A stretch of 64,000 nucleotides of DNA from Calditrichales bacterium (GCA_965267575.1 OZ254086.1:352001-416000), one strand, 5' to 3'; positions 37,982-48,530 are shown, counted from the stretch's first letter. The notes: generated by a model not told the origin, from the letters alone. Program-made: numbers and translations.

Positions 37982-38936
37982 CTTTAAGTCCTTTGCTTTT
38001 ACGTTGTACTGCAAAAAGCACCGCTCCCCACAAAGAAATGACCATGGGGACAATCACATTCAATAAAGCCAGGCTGATTGAGGCCGCGGAAGAGACGCCC
38101 ATTTTACCCAGCAAAAACACAAAGCCACCGTCACGCAAACCCAGCCCGTTGATGGATGGCAGCATGGTTAAAAGAAACGTAACCGGCACCACAAGAAAAA
38201 GATAGAGCAGCTCCACTTCGATGCGCAAGGCCAGGCACAGCGCGTAATTCATCAGCACGATGGCGGCCTGCGAGAGCACGGAAAGAAAAAAGACCCAAAC
38301 GAAAACGCGGCGCCGGTCGCGCAGAAAATGCATCGCTTCAATCAGTTTGTTGATTTTTTCGCCCAGGTTGAGCAGGGTAAATTTGTCAAAAATGCGCAGC
38401 AGCCACAAAACCGGACGTTCCCGCGTTATCATCACAAAAAAAGTAATAATGGCAATTAACAAAAAGACAGAGACGAGGAGAATGCGCTGATCCTGGAAAT
38501 AATGCGAGACGTAATAAAGTGATGTGATTGCCAGAAACAGGGTGGCCGCAATACCCATGATGCGTTCGATGATCACGGAAGCGAAAGCAGCGGTTCGATT
38601 GTCCGAATCGGCGGCGGCGCTATATATGCGGACAATATCACCGCCGATACTGGTGGGCAGAAAGTTGTTAAAAAACAATCCGACGAGGTAAAAGCCATAA
38701 AGCCGGGAGGATGAAATCCCCACTTCATATTGATGTAGCAGACTTCGCCAGCGCACGGTCATCAGACCAATACTGACCATGGTTATCGCTATCGCCAGCA
38801 ACAGGAAGGGCAGGCCCTCGCTGCGGATGACATTACCAAGCACATTTACAATCTGCTGCGGATCCGACGTGATAACCAGGTAGCCAAGCAACCCGACCGA
38901 TATGAGCACCTTGGCCAGATTTTTTAACCAACGCAT
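37953..38936 (-). CDS. LPG_synthase_TM (AglD2/MprF-flippase-like) membrane protein
   Basis: Multi-TM; RW..LL, GLFFNNFLPTSIGGD..R, ERIMG, LPSINGLGLRD. Confidence 0.88.
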   Translation of the reverse strand: MRWLKNLAKVLISVGLLGYLVITSDPQQIVNVLGNVIRSEGLPFLLLAIAITMVSIGLMTVRWRSLLHQYEVGISSSRLYGFYLVGLFFNNFLPTSIGGDIVRIYSAAADSDNRTAAFASVIIERIMGIAATLFLAITSLYYVSHYFQDQRILLVSVFLLIAIITFFVMITRERPVLWLLRIFDKFTLLNLGEKINKLIEAMHFLRDRRRVFVWVFFLSVLSQAAIVLMNYALCLALRIEVELLYLFLVVPVTFLLTMLPSINGLGLRDGGFVFLLGKMGVSSAASISLALLNVIVPMVISLWGAVLFAVQRKSKGLKDVKAIKEDF

Positions 38937-38940
38937 CTGC

Positions 38941-41592
38941 TTATTCTTCTTGGTTCATCCGCCTTTTCAACATCTGCAGCATTCTGTTTGCTTCGCTGTC
39001 CGCAGGATTCATCTTAAGCCATCTTTCAAGTGCGCTGATTGCCTTTTCGGTCTCGCCGCTCATTTCGTAGGCGGTGATCATTCCGCCCAAAAGATCGGGA
39101 TTGTCGGGCATGTTTCCGGCGGCCTTTTCAAATAGCTGGGCGGCCCGGTCAAATTCATTTATACCCAACAAATACCGCCCAATGGACGCAATATGCCGCT
39201 GGTTGGAGGGATTGTCGATTACGGTCCCGATGTGGCTGGTATCAACGGCGATCTTAAAAGCGTTGTAATAGTTGCGTAAAACGCTGTTGGTCCATGGAAT
39301 GGTTTCCGCGGGCATTTGGGCATCCAGGCTATCCAGAACCGTCGCCAGTTTGTCTTTATTGCGCTCGAAGCGGGCATAATATTCTGCTAGTTGTATAAAG
39401 CCTGTGCGGTAATTCTGCAATAAACCGACGATACTGGGATTAAAATAAACATCCGGATTGTCAAGGTTGCGATATTGATAGCGCTCCAGGAGATTCAGTT
39501 GCAGCATATCGGGGCCGACATCCCAGTTTTTAAACGGCACCAGTCTCAGAACCAGCCCTTCCATGCGCATGTAATTGGAGAGCTCACCCACCAGGTTGGA
39601 TTGCGGAACGGTTGTGGCAAAATAAACCGGCTTCGTCCAGCGGTTGGCGGTAAGAATATTAAGAATCATGTAATCCTGCGTGCGCAGCAGATTGTATTGC
39701 TGGAAGCGGATGGTAGGCGGCACCTTAAAGGTAATTTCCGTCGGGAGATTCATGATATTGACGCTGCTGAAATTTTCCTTGTACTGGCGCAGCGCGCTGT
39801 CCGCGACGGACTGCGGCACTTTCAGCGAAACCTCCTGCTCCTGCCAGGGCACGGGACGGATTTGTCCCAGCATGGCGTCGCTGACGCGCATAGGCACTTT
39901 GGGCTCCATATCACGCAACTGTTCGATATACCAGTCGGTGTTGAGCAGGCTAAGGTTGACGATGCGGATATCCGTACGGATGCCTTCTACTTCCTGCAGG
40001 TACCAGAGCGGGAAGGTATCGTTATCACCATTCGTGAACAGAATGGCGTTGGGCTCACAGGATTGCAGCATATTGTAGGAATAATCCCAGGCTACGAAAT
40101 TGCCGCTGCGATCGTGAATTTCATAATTCTTGGCCATCATGTTGACCGGGCTGATAACAAGCAGCACAACGAGCACTCCTGCCATGACCGGGGCTGCCAG
40201 TGCTTTTGTCTTGTCTTTCATAAAATCGCGAATCAGGTCAATGGTGCCGGCAAAACCTAAACCGATCCAGATGGAGAAGGCGAAGAAGCTTCCCACATAA
40301 CTGTAGTCCCTTTCACGCGGCTGTGGATCGGGTTGGTTCAGATACAAAATAATTGCGAGGCCCGTGGCAAAGAATAAGGCCAGCACCGAGAGCGCGTGCT
40401 TGGGATCGCGCCTGAAATGAAAGATCATACCAATCAGACCCAGCAAAAAAGGAATCCCGTAAAAATTAAAATTATGCCAGCTGCCGGTGTCCTCGTTAAA
40501 GCCGACAAACTGCCACATGAAGTAGCGGATGTACATGTGGTTAACCTGATAGCTCCAGAAGAAGTCCCAGGTGGAGCTGTACTGATTGCCGTTTGGCGAG
40601 CTTTGCCATACACCGCGACGATCCATGAAGTCGTGTTCGCCGTACTGCTCGCGGTTGATATACTTCATGAAATTTTCAACGTTCTCGGGATTGTTTTCGT
40701 CGATGTTGGGATCCAGGCCGGAACGGATATAGATGGTGCCGTAGCTGGAATAGCCGATCATGATCAGTGTGATGGAGAGAAAAATAAAGCTAAGCAGGTG
40801 GCGGTGGTTGGCAACGGCCCACCAGGCAACGCCGGCAAAAAGGGCAAAAACAAGAAACAACGCGAAAAAGCTGATTTCTGCGACATGCGGCAAATGCTTT
40901 ACAATACCGGGATATATGGTAAACATTATCACAACTGTGATGGCCACCATGATGCCAAAGGTGCGCGGTGTAAAGGTATAGCGCTTGTAATAATAGATCA
41001 TCGCTACGAACGGCAGCGCCAGTACGTTGAGCAGGTGCACGGCAATGGCCAGACCGATCAGGTAGGAGATCATCAGCAGGTATTTTTCGTTGTTTGTTTC
41101 GTTGGATTTTTCAGCCCATTTGAGAGACAGCCAAACCAGCAAAGCGGTAAACAGCATAGAGGGTGCATACACTTCCGCTTCCGAAGAGTTAAACCAGAAG
41201 CTGCGGGTAAAAGCGTAAGTAAGCGAACCAAGAATGCCGGAAAACACGGCCAGCATCCAGTCTTCTTTTGTTTCCAGCTTGCCCTTCCATTCACGCACCA
41301 GATGTACAATGACCAGGTAAAGCAGCATGATCGTGATAGAGCTGGAAAGAACGGAAATCATGTTGACACGGAAAGCTATATCTTCATGGAAAGGCAACAT
41401 CGAGAAAATACGGCCCACAAGCAGGTATAGCGGCGCTCCCGGAGGATGGGGTACTGCCATTTTGAAGCTGGTGGCAATAAACTCGCCGCAGTCCCAGAAC
41501 GAAACCGTGGGAGCTACCGTCATTGTGTAGATAATCGTTGTAAATACAAAAATGGCCGCGGCCGTCACGCGGTTAATCTGATTCCAATTCAT
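38941..41592 (-). CDS. DUF2723 / TMEM260-like GT-C glycosyltransferase with C-terminal TPR (candidate protein O-mannosyltransferase)
   Basis: PTVSFWDCGEF, VPHPPGAP, EAEVY, YINREQYG, QPRERDY, ILFTNGDNDTFPLWYLQEVEG; many TM helices. Confidence 0.88.
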   Translation of the reverse strand: MNWNQINRVTAAAIFVFTTIIYTMTVAPTVSFWDCGEFIATSFKMAVPHPPGAPLYLLVGRIFSMLPFHEDIAFRVNMISVLSSSITIMLLYLVIVHLVREWKGKLETKEDWMLAVFSGILGSLTYAFTRSFWFNSSEAEVYAPSMLFTALLVWLSLKWAEKSNETNNEKYLLMISYLIGLAIAVHLLNVLALPFVAMIYYYKRYTFTPRTFGIMVAITVVIMFTIYPGIVKHLPHVAEISFFALFLVFALFAGVAWWAVANHRHLLSFIFLSITLIMIGYSSYGTIYIRSGLDPNIDENNPENVENFMKYINREQYGEHDFMDRRGVWQSSPNGNQYSSTWDFFWSYQVNHMYIRYFMWQFVGFNEDTGSWHNFNFYGIPFLLGLIGMIFHFRRDPKHALSVLALFFATGLAIILYLNQPDPQPRERDYSYVGSFFAFSIWIGLGFAGTIDLIRDFMKDKTKALAAPVMAGVLVVLLVISPVNMMAKNYEIHDRSGNFVAWDYSYNMLQSCEPNAILFTNGDNDTFPLWYLQEVEGIRTDIRIVNLSLLNTDWYIEQLRDMEPKVPMRVSDAMLGQIRPVPWQEQEVSLKVPQSVADSALRQYKENFSSVNIMNLPTEITFKVPPTIRFQQYNLLRTQDYMILNILTANRWTKPVYFATTVPQSNLVGELSNYMRMEGLVLRLVPFKNWDVGPDMLQLNLLERYQYRNLDNPDVYFNPSIVGLLQNYRTGFIQLAEYYARFERNKDKLATVLDSLDAQMPAETIPWTNSVLRNYYNAFKIAVDTSHIGTVIDNPSNQRHIASIGRYLLGINEFDRAAQLFEKAAGNMPDNPDLLGGMITAYEMSGETEKAISALERWLKMNPADSEANRMLQMLKRRMNQEE

Positions 41593-41720
41593 GAACGGGT
41601 ATTCCTTTTAGAATAATACATCAGGTTCGTTGGTAAAAGAAGATAAAGCTACAGCATCCGCTAAATCATAGCAACCTTTTTAGGTTTACTTACCGTCAAA
41701 ACACCATAAACAGCGCCGAC

Positions 41721-42788
41721 TCAAAAAGGTTGCTTTTTTTCAGGGTAACGCCGGAAGCGGCGCACACAACTGTATGGCATCTGGCGCCGCGCAAAATGAT
41801 CGATGACGATGCTGCCGCGGTACATGTTTTTTATGATCGCGCGGTCGGAAACGGTTCGCATTTTTTGCACGGCACGGCGCTTTTTCATTATAAACAGCGG
41901 GTGGGAAAAGACAAACCACAAGGCGTCCAGTACAGCCCTCGCGCGTTTGCCGCTCCAGACGATCGTGTCGGCCAGAACGGTGGCCATTTCGAAAAGGACA
42001 CGCAGCGGAAAAAACACAAAAAGCAGCGGGAATGAATAATTCTTTAGCATCATAATCAGGTTGTTGCGGTGATTCAGGTACATTTTGCGCTGGTTGTCGC
42101 TGCGCAGCGTGTAGCCGGAATAGTGATATATCCAGGTGTCGTAGGTTACCACGTTGCGGTACCCGGCAATCTGGGCCCGCCAGTTCAGATCGATCTCTTC
42201 CTGGTGTGCAAAAAAGTCTTCATCCAGCAAGCCGATTTTGTCGGTTACGCTTTTGCGCAAAAGCAGCGCGCAGCCGGAAGTCCAGAAGACCGTTTTTTCA
42301 AGGTTGTCATATTGCCGCTTGTCTTTTTCCACGGTATCAAAAATGCGCCCGCGGGCAAAGGGATAACCAAACAGGTCCATCTCGCCGCCGGCGCCGCCGG
42401 AGTAGTCAAAATAGCTGTGGTCCTGAATGGAAAGGATTTTGGGCTGCACGCAGGCAATACGCTCGTCGGCAGCTATAACCCGGTGCATCACCTCCATAAA
42501 AGCCGGCGGCATCACGGTGTCGTTGTTCAACAGCAGCACAAAAGGCGTTTTGGCGATGCGGATGCCCTGGTTACAGGCGCCGGCATAGCCCAGGTTGTCA
42601 GCGTTTTCGATCAGCTCCACATCGGGGAAATTTTCCAGTACCATGCGCTGGCTGCCATCCGTTGAGCCGTTGTCGATGACGATGGTGTGGAAACGCGGCG
42701 TCTTGTTCTTCAGCAAGGATTGCAGGCAATCCCGCAAAATATCAAGCCCGTTGTAATGCGGTATAATGACGGTAATTTCTGTTTTCAT
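41721..42788 (-). CDS. Family 2 glycosyltransferase
   Basis: IIPHYNG, IDNGSTDGS, NLGYAGACNQG, LLNNDT, DEDFFAHQEEIDL.WR. Confidence 0.93.
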   Translation of the reverse strand: MKTEITVIIPHYNGLDILRDCLQSLLKNKTPRFHTIVIDNGSTDGSQRMVLENFPDVELIENADNLGYAGACNQGIRIAKTPFVLLLNNDTVMPPAFMEVMHRVIAADERIACVQPKILSIQDHSYFDYSGGAGGEMDLFGYPFARGRIFDTVEKDKRQYDNLEKTVFWTSGCALLLRKSVTDKIGLLDEDFFAHQEEIDLNWRAQIAGYRNVVTYDTWIYHYSGYTLRSDNQRKMYLNHRNNLIMMLKNYSFPLLFVFFPLRVLFEMATVLADTIVWSGKRARAVLDALWFVFSHPLFIMKKRRAVQKMRTVSDRAIIKNMYRGSIVIDHFARRQMPYSCVRRFRRYPEKKQPF

Positions 42789-42802
42789 TTTTTGCGTTCA
42801 TC

Positions 42803-42931
42803 TATCCAGGTTTCATGTGTTAAAATCTGTATAGTCCCGTCCGGTACGCGGGATTCGACCTCTCCCGTCGGCAGATCCCGGTGTTGGCTTGTTCGCCAAA
42901 CCGGGATAACACGTATGCAAAAGCCAGGACA
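42803..42931. ncRNA. Candidate multi-stem structured RNA or REP-like element, family unknown
   Basis: Five nested inverted repeats read by eye (see finding); G-U pairs favour the + strand. Confidence 0.4.
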
Positions 42932-42941
42932 CAGGAAAGTC

Positions 42942-42980
42942 ATTCGTAATTCCTTAATTCGTAATTTGTAATTGATTAAT
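42942..42980. repeat. Degenerate heptamer tandem repeat (TTCGTAA-like, about 5 units)
   Basis: attcgta attcctta attcgta atttgta attgatta, directly after the recG stop. Confidence 0.6.
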
Positions 42981-45079
42981 CAGCTAATGTTGAACATGGC
43001 CAGTCGGTCACGGTATTCACGGCTGATCGTTTTGCGTATGCCGGCATTTTCAGCGGCACGCAGCTGCGGGTCATGATCGACCAGCTCAAAGGCATCACGG
43101 CGGGCCTGCTCCAGAATGTGCCGGTCACGCACGGGATGCGCCAGACGGAAAAGCGGCACACCACTTTGTCGCGTTCCAAACAGGTCGCCCCAGCCGCGCA
43201 GCTCCAGGTCTTTTTCGGAGATCACAAAGCCGTCGTTGGTCTCGGTCATCGTGCGGATGCGCGCCCGGGCCTGCTCGCCCACGTTGGCCGGCGTTTTCAG
43301 TATACAGTACGATTGCTTCGCTCCACGGCCCACACGACCCCGCAATTGGTGCAGCTGCGAGAGCCCGAAACGCTCGGCGTGCTCGATCAGCATGATGGTA
43401 GCATTGGCCACATCCACGCCCACTTCCACCACCGTTGTGGTTATAAGCATGTGGATATCGCCATTGGCGAAGGCGCGCATAACGGCCTCTTTGTCTTCGC
43501 TTTTCATGCGCCCGTGCAGCAATCCCAACTTGTACTTTTTAAAAGGCCCGGCCGATAAACTGTTAAAGGCATCGGTTGCCGCCTTAAGATCGCTCTTTTC
43601 ACTCTCTTCCACCAGCGGAAAAACCATGTAGACCTGCTCGCCGGCATCAAGGCGTTCGCGCAAAAAAGCATATATACGCTGCGCCTGATCGTCCTTGCGC
43701 CAGACCGTTCGTACAGGCTTGCGGTTTTTGGGCAGCTCATCAATCACCGAAACCTCAAGTGAGCCGTAGGCGGTAAGGGCCAGCGTTCGCGGGATGGGCG
43801 TGGCCGTCATCACCAGCACGTCCGGTTGTTCGCCTTTACCCATCAGCACGCCGCGCTGCAATACGCCAAAACGGTGCTGCTCATCGATGATCACCAGGCC
43901 GAGCCGCGCAAACTGAACCGTTTCTTCCAGCAGGGCGTGTGTGCCCACCACCAGGTTTACCTGCTCGTCACGGATCTGCGCTTGCAGATAGGCGCGTTCC
44001 TTTTTGCTTTTGCCGCCGGTTACCAGTGCTATTTTTACTCCGAGCTGCCCCAGGAAACGCGATGTATTGATAAAGTGCTGCTCGGCCAGAATTTCCGTCG
44101 GCGCCATCAGCGCCACCTGGTAGCCATTGTCAATGCAGACCAATGCCGCCATCATCGCCACCAGTGTTTTACCCGCGCCCACATCACCCTGCAGCAGACG
44201 GTTCATCGGCGAACTTTCTTTCATATCCCGGCGGATTTCGCGCATAACGTTTTTTTGCGACTGCGTCATTTCAAAAGGCAATTTTTTGTAGAGCTCGTTT
44301 AACCGCGGACTCTGTTTATCAAAGGAAATGCCCAGCGGTTTATTGCGCACATGATAACGCTGAAGGGCAAACAGCAGCTGCAGGTAAAAAAATTCTTCGT
44401 ATATAAAACGGTAGCGCGCCCGCTCCAGCATATCGACGCTTTCGGGCAGGTGCATCTGGCGATAAGCCTCATGAAGGCCCAAAAAGTGGCGCTCCCGGAT
44501 AAGCGAATCCGGAAGTACCTCTTTGCATACCTGCGGTACTGTTTTAAATAAATCACGGAAAATGCGCCGGAAGACATAGGAGTTTACCCCGGCCTTTTTC
44601 AACGCATCGCTGCCGGGGTAAAGCGGCAGCACCTTGCCGGTGTTGACCATTCCGTCGAGGTCACCGTGATCAAGTATGTCAAAATCGGGGTGCGTCATCT
44701 GGTAGCCGCGGTAGAAGGTGACTTTGCCGGAAAGCGCCACCCAATCGCCCACTTTGAAAATATTTTTAAAAATGTGGATCGCATTGAACCAGACAGCCTC
44801 GAGCATGCCTTTGCCATCGCTGATGACGATATAAAACAGGGCTTTACGCAGACGCTTGATGCCGGCGGCTTCCACCTTGCCGACGACGGTCACTTCTTCA
44901 TCGGTGGCCTGCAGGGCGTCCAATCCGATAATTGTGCTGCGGTCCAGGTAGCGGCGCGGGCAATAGTTTAACAGCGCGTCAAAGCTGTCAATGCCTGCTT
45001 TTTTCAGGGCTTCGGCGCGCTTGGGGCCAATGCCTTTGAGATAGGTGATCTCAGGTTGCGGCTGCTCGTTTGCGGACAT
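42980..45079 (-). CDS. recG: ATP-dependent DNA helicase RecG
   Basis: MNRLLQGDVGAGKT, APTEILAEQH, IDEQHRFG, MTATPIPRTL, QLHQLRGRVGRG, DLELRG.GD..GTRQSG. Confidence 0.98.
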   Translation of the reverse strand: MSANEQPQPEITYLKGIGPKRAEALKKAGIDSFDALLNYCPRRYLDRSTIIGLDALQATDEEVTVVGKVEAAGIKRLRKALFYIVISDGKGMLEAVWFNAIHIFKNIFKVGDWVALSGKVTFYRGYQMTHPDFDILDHGDLDGMVNTGKVLPLYPGSDALKKAGVNSYVFRRIFRDLFKTVPQVCKEVLPDSLIRERHFLGLHEAYRQMHLPESVDMLERARYRFIYEEFFYLQLLFALQRYHVRNKPLGISFDKQSPRLNELYKKLPFEMTQSQKNVMREIRRDMKESSPMNRLLQGDVGAGKTLVAMMAALVCIDNGYQVALMAPTEILAEQHFINTSRFLGQLGVKIALVTGGKSKKERAYLQAQIRDEQVNLVVGTHALLEETVQFARLGLVIIDEQHRFGVLQRGVLMGKGEQPDVLVMTATPIPRTLALTAYGSLEVSVIDELPKNRKPVRTVWRKDDQAQRIYAFLRERLDAGEQVYMVFPLVEESEKSDLKAATDAFNSLSAGPFKKYKLGLLHGRMKSEDKEAVMRAFANGDIHMLITTTVVEVGVDVANATIMLIEHAERFGLSQLHQLRGRVGRGAKQSYCILKTPANVGEQARARIRTMTETNDGFVISEKDLELRGWGDLFGTRQSGVPLFRLAHPVRDRHILEQARRDAFELVDHDPQLRAAENAGIRKTISREYRDRLAMFNIS

Positions 45080-45082
45080 GCC

Positions 45083-45793
45083 TCAGGAGGGATTGGTTTT
45101 GGTTTTCTGGCCGGCAATGCGACCGTCATCCAGTTCGATGATGCGATGCGCCTGCTCGGTCATATGCTCGTTGTGCGTTACGATCAACAGCGTATGTTCA
45201 AGCTCTTTGTTTAACTGTAACAGCAGATTGTATAGCGCCTCGCCGTTGCGTTTATCGAGGTTGCCGGTAGGCTCATCGGCCATAACAATTTTGGGTTTGT
45301 TGACGACGGCACGGGCTACGGCTACGCGTTGCTGCTCGCCGCCGCTCATTTCGCGCGGTTTGTGGTCCAGCCGGTGCGACAATCCGACAAGATCCAGTAT
45401 ATGCCGGGCGTATTCCTGTTTTTCCCGTTCCTTTCCGTTGGGCCAGATCATCGTCGGGATCAGCACGTTTTCCAGCGCCGTAAACTCCGGCAGCAAATGA
45501 TGAAACTGGAAAACAAAGCCCACGGTCAGATTGCGCACACGGGCTTTTTCCACCTGGTTAAGCTGCGCCACATCCTGTCCGCCGATGGAAATCGCGCCGC
45601 TGTCGGCCTCATCCAGCAGGCCCAGCACATGCAGCAGAGTACTTTTACCCACGCCGGACGGCCCCATGATAACCGCCACATCGCCCTGCGGAATGGTCAG
45701 ATCGATGCCTTTGAGCACTTCCACCGCCTGCGGTCCGTTGCGATAGCTTTTGCGCAGATTCTCGGCCTTAATAGCCCATTGATTGTTATTCAT
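45083..45793 (-). CDS. lolD: Lipoprotein-releasing ABC transporter ATPase
   Basis: GPSGVGKST, GFVFQFHHLLPEFTALENV, SGGEQQR, ADEPTGNLD. Confidence 0.92.
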   Translation of the reverse strand: MNNNQWAIKAENLRKSYRNGPQAVEVLKGIDLTIPQGDVAVIMGPSGVGKSTLLHVLGLLDEADSGAISIGGQDVAQLNQVEKARVRNLTVGFVFQFHHLLPEFTALENVLIPTMIWPNGKEREKQEYARHILDLVGLSHRLDHKPREMSGGEQQRVAVARAVVNKPKIVMADEPTGNLDKRNGEALYNLLLQLNKELEHTLLIVTHNEHMTEQAHRIIELDDGRIAGQKTKTNPS

Positions 45794-47021
45794 ATCGGAT
45801 GGCCTCCACCGGAATCAGGCGCGAAGCTTTGTACGCAGGATAAACCGAAGCAACCAGGCTGAGCGCCATGGAGATGCTGCCAATGGAAATAAAGTCCAGC
45901 AGCCGCAGCTTAACAGGCAGCGCATCGATCAGGTAAACATCCGAGGGCAGCGATATCAGGTGATACTCCAGTTGTAGCCAGGCCACGCCATAGCCGATGG
46001 CGCACCCAAGCACTGTGCCAATAATGCCCACCAAAAGGCCTTCGAACAGAAATATCTTCATAATACTCGCAGAGGTAGCGCCCATTGATTTCAGGATGCC
46101 GATTTCACGGGTCTTGTCCATCACCACCATCACCAGCGAGCTTATAATGTTAAAAGCGGCCACCATGATAATCAGGCTGAGAATTACAAATGCGCCCCAC
46201 TTCTCGATCTCCATCCAAGAGAAGAGTGAGCGGTGCATCTCAAACCAGGAGAGCGCCACATAGGGATAGCCCAGTTGCTCGGCGATGGCATTGCCTACTT
46301 CACCGGCCTTTTCATAATCATTCAGCTTGATCTCAATCCAGGTTACGCCGTCCATACCAAACAGCTTTTGCGCGTCTTCGATAGAGACATAGGCAAAAAC
46401 CTTGTCATACTCGTAATAGCCAAACTCCACCAGCCCGGCCACATAAAACTGCATGATGCGCGGCTGCGTGAAAAAACCGCCTTCCTTCGGCATGGACCAG
46501 ACCGAGACGATATCACCGATGCCCATGGCTAAAAGCCCATCAGCCAGGTAGCGCCCAAGTACGATGCCCGGCAACTTGCGCCCCTCGATCATCTTCTCCG
46601 AGAAGTCCAGCTCACCGGATACTATGTTAGCGGTAATTTCGGTTACCTCATCCGCCGTATTTTTGTCGATTGCTTTGATGCCTGCGGGACGCTGGTAGCT
46701 GGATGATTTGATCATCGCCTGCTCGTTAATGGCGGGCGAAGCGCCAACGACCTCTTTGTGAGAACGGATTATGTTCAAAACAGAATCGGGCTTTTCGATC
46801 GGTTTGTTGAAATACTTGCGGATACGCACATGGGCGTCAGCCCCGATCAGCCGCGAGCGCACTTCCTGTTCAAAGCCGTTCATCACCGAAAGCACCAGGA
46901 TCAGCGCCGTCACACCAATCATGATGCCCGCAATCGAAACATAGGTAATAATGGAGATAAAGCCGGTTTTACGCTTGGCTCCGAGATAACGGCGGGCTAT
47001 AAAATATTCAAAAGATGCCAT
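45786..47021 (-). CDS. lolE: Lipoprotein-releasing ABC transporter permease (LolC/E)
   Basis: IARRYL..KR..GFIS, VLSVMNGF, VAAFNIISSL.M.V.DK.REIGILKSMGA, PAYKAS...PVEAIRYE. Confidence 0.9.
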   Translation of the reverse strand: MASFEYFIARRYLGAKRKTGFISIITYVSIAGIMIGVTALILVLSVMNGFEQEVRSRLIGADAHVRIRKYFNKPIEKPDSVLNIIRSHKEVVGASPAINEQAMIKSSSYQRPAGIKAIDKNTADEVTEITANIVSGELDFSEKMIEGRKLPGIVLGRYLADGLLAMGIGDIVSVWSMPKEGGFFTQPRIMQFYVAGLVEFGYYEYDKVFAYVSIEDAQKLFGMDGVTWIEIKLNDYEKAGEVGNAIAEQLGYPYVALSWFEMHRSLFSWMEIEKWGAFVILSLIIMVAAFNIISSLVMVVMDKTREIGILKSMGATSASIMKIFLFEGLLVGIIGTVLGCAIGYGVAWLQLEYHLISLPSDVYLIDALPVKLRLLDFISIGSISMALSLVASVYPAYKASRLIPVEAIRYE

Positions 47022-48524
47022 CTATTTTTCCTGGTGCTCCGGTCGCATCTGCGGGAACAAAATCACATCGCGAATGCTGGGCTGGTTGGTCAGAAGCATG
47101 GTTAGCCTGTCCACGCCGATGCCCAAACCGGCCGTTGGCGGCATACCGATTTCAAGCGCGCGCAGGAAATCCTCATCCAGCATCTGCGCTTCTTCATCAC
47201 CGCGCTCGGCCATTATCATCTGTTCCATAAATCGCTCGCGCTGGTCCTGCGGATCGTTCAGCTCGGAGAAGGCATTACCCACTTCCTTGCCACCGATAAC
47301 AGGCTCAAAACGTTCTACAAGCCGCGAATTGTCGCGGTGCTTCTTGGCCAACGGCGACATCTCCAGCGGATGATCTGTGATAAACGTCGGCTGGATCAGT
47401 TTTGGTTCCACATATTCGCCAAATATCTCATCGATGATTTTGCTGCCGGACATGTCCGGCGTAACTTCCACATTTAGTTTTTTGGCCACCTTACGCAGCC
47501 CTACTTCATCCAGCTCACCAACGTCTTCGCCGGTGTATTCTCTTATGCCTTCAAGAATCGGCAACCGCCTCCAGGGTGTTTTAAGATCGATTTCATGTTC
47601 GTTGAATTTTATCTTTGTACTGCCCAACACCTCTTTGGCCACCTGGATGATCATCTGCTCCACAAACTCCATCATCCAGTTGTAGTCCTTGTAGGCCACG
47701 TACACTTCCACCTGGGTAAATTCAGGGTTGTGAAAACGGCTCATCCCCTCGTTGCGGAAATCCTTGGCGAATTCATACACACGGTCAAAACCGCCCACGA
47801 TCAAACGCTTCAGATAGAGCTCGTTGGCAATGCGCAGGTACAGCTTCACATCCAGCGTGTTATGATGCGTCGTAAAGGGACGGGCCGCAGCACCGCCGTA
47901 AAGCGGCTGTAGTACCGGTGTTTCCACTTCAAGGCATTGCGCATTATCCAGAAAGCGGCGCATGGCGGAGATAATCCTGCTGCGCTTGATAAATACATCG
48001 CGTACTTCCGGGTTTACCACCAAATCGATATAACGCTGGCGGTAGCGCAGTTCCTTGTCGGCAAACTGATCGTAGACAACCTTTTCACCTTCGACCTCTT
48101 TTTCCTTGGCAATCGGCAAAGGACGTATCGATTTATTGAGCAGCTCAAGGCTGTTTGCAAACACGGAAACTTCGCCTGTTTTGGTTTTCTTAACTTCACC
48201 CATCACGCCGATATGGTCACCGATGTCCAGCATTTTGAACATTTTGTAGCGCTCTTCACCGATGGAATCACGCGCCACATAAAGCTGCAGGCGGCCCTGC
48301 ATATCCTGGATGTGGCAAAATGACGCTTTGCCCATAACGCGTACGGCCATAATGCGGCCTGCAACGGACACTTCTTGGCCTTCCAGCTTATCAAAGGCGT
48401 CTTTTACCTCGCGCGTTTGGTGCGATCGTTCAAACCCATAGGGATAAGGATTAATGCCCATTTCCCTTATTTTTTCGAGCTTCTCTTCCCGGATTTTTAT
48501 AAGCTGATTGTGTTCTTCCAACAT
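47022..48524 (-). CDS. lysS: Lysine--tRNA ligase (class II)
   Basis: [26 protein letters not shown]...[30 protein letters not shown]. Confidence 0.99.
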   Translation of the reverse strand: MLEEHNQLIKIREEKLEKIREMGINPYPYGFERSHQTREVKDAFDKLEGQEVSVAGRIMAVRVMGKASFCHIQDMQGRLQLYVARDSIGEERYKMFKMLDIGDHIGVMGEVKKTKTGEVSVFANSLELLNKSIRPLPIAKEKEVEGEKVVYDQFADKELRYRQRYIDLVVNPEVRDVFIKRSRIISAMRRFLDNAQCLEVETPVLQPLYGGAAARPFTTHHNTLDVKLYLRIANELYLKRLIVGGFDRVYEFAKDFRNEGMSRFHNPEFTQVEVYVAYKDYNWMMEFVEQMIIQVAKEVLGSTKIKFNEHEIDLKTPWRRLPILEGIREYTGEDVGELDEVGLRKVAKKLNVEVTPDMSGSKIIDEIFGEYVEPKLIQPTFITDHPLEMSPLAKKHRDNSRLVERFEPVIGGKEVGNAFSELNDPQDQRERFMEQMIMAERGDEEAQMLDEDFLRALEIGMPPTAGLGIGVDRLTMLLTNQPSIRDVILFPQMRPEHQEK

Positions 48525-48530
48525 AAACTC

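Noticed and set aside
42845-42875. GGATTCGACC resembles a tRNA T-loop or an attachment site
   Set aside because: No acceptor stem, D-arm, anticodon arm or CCA can be built, and no integrase is nearby.
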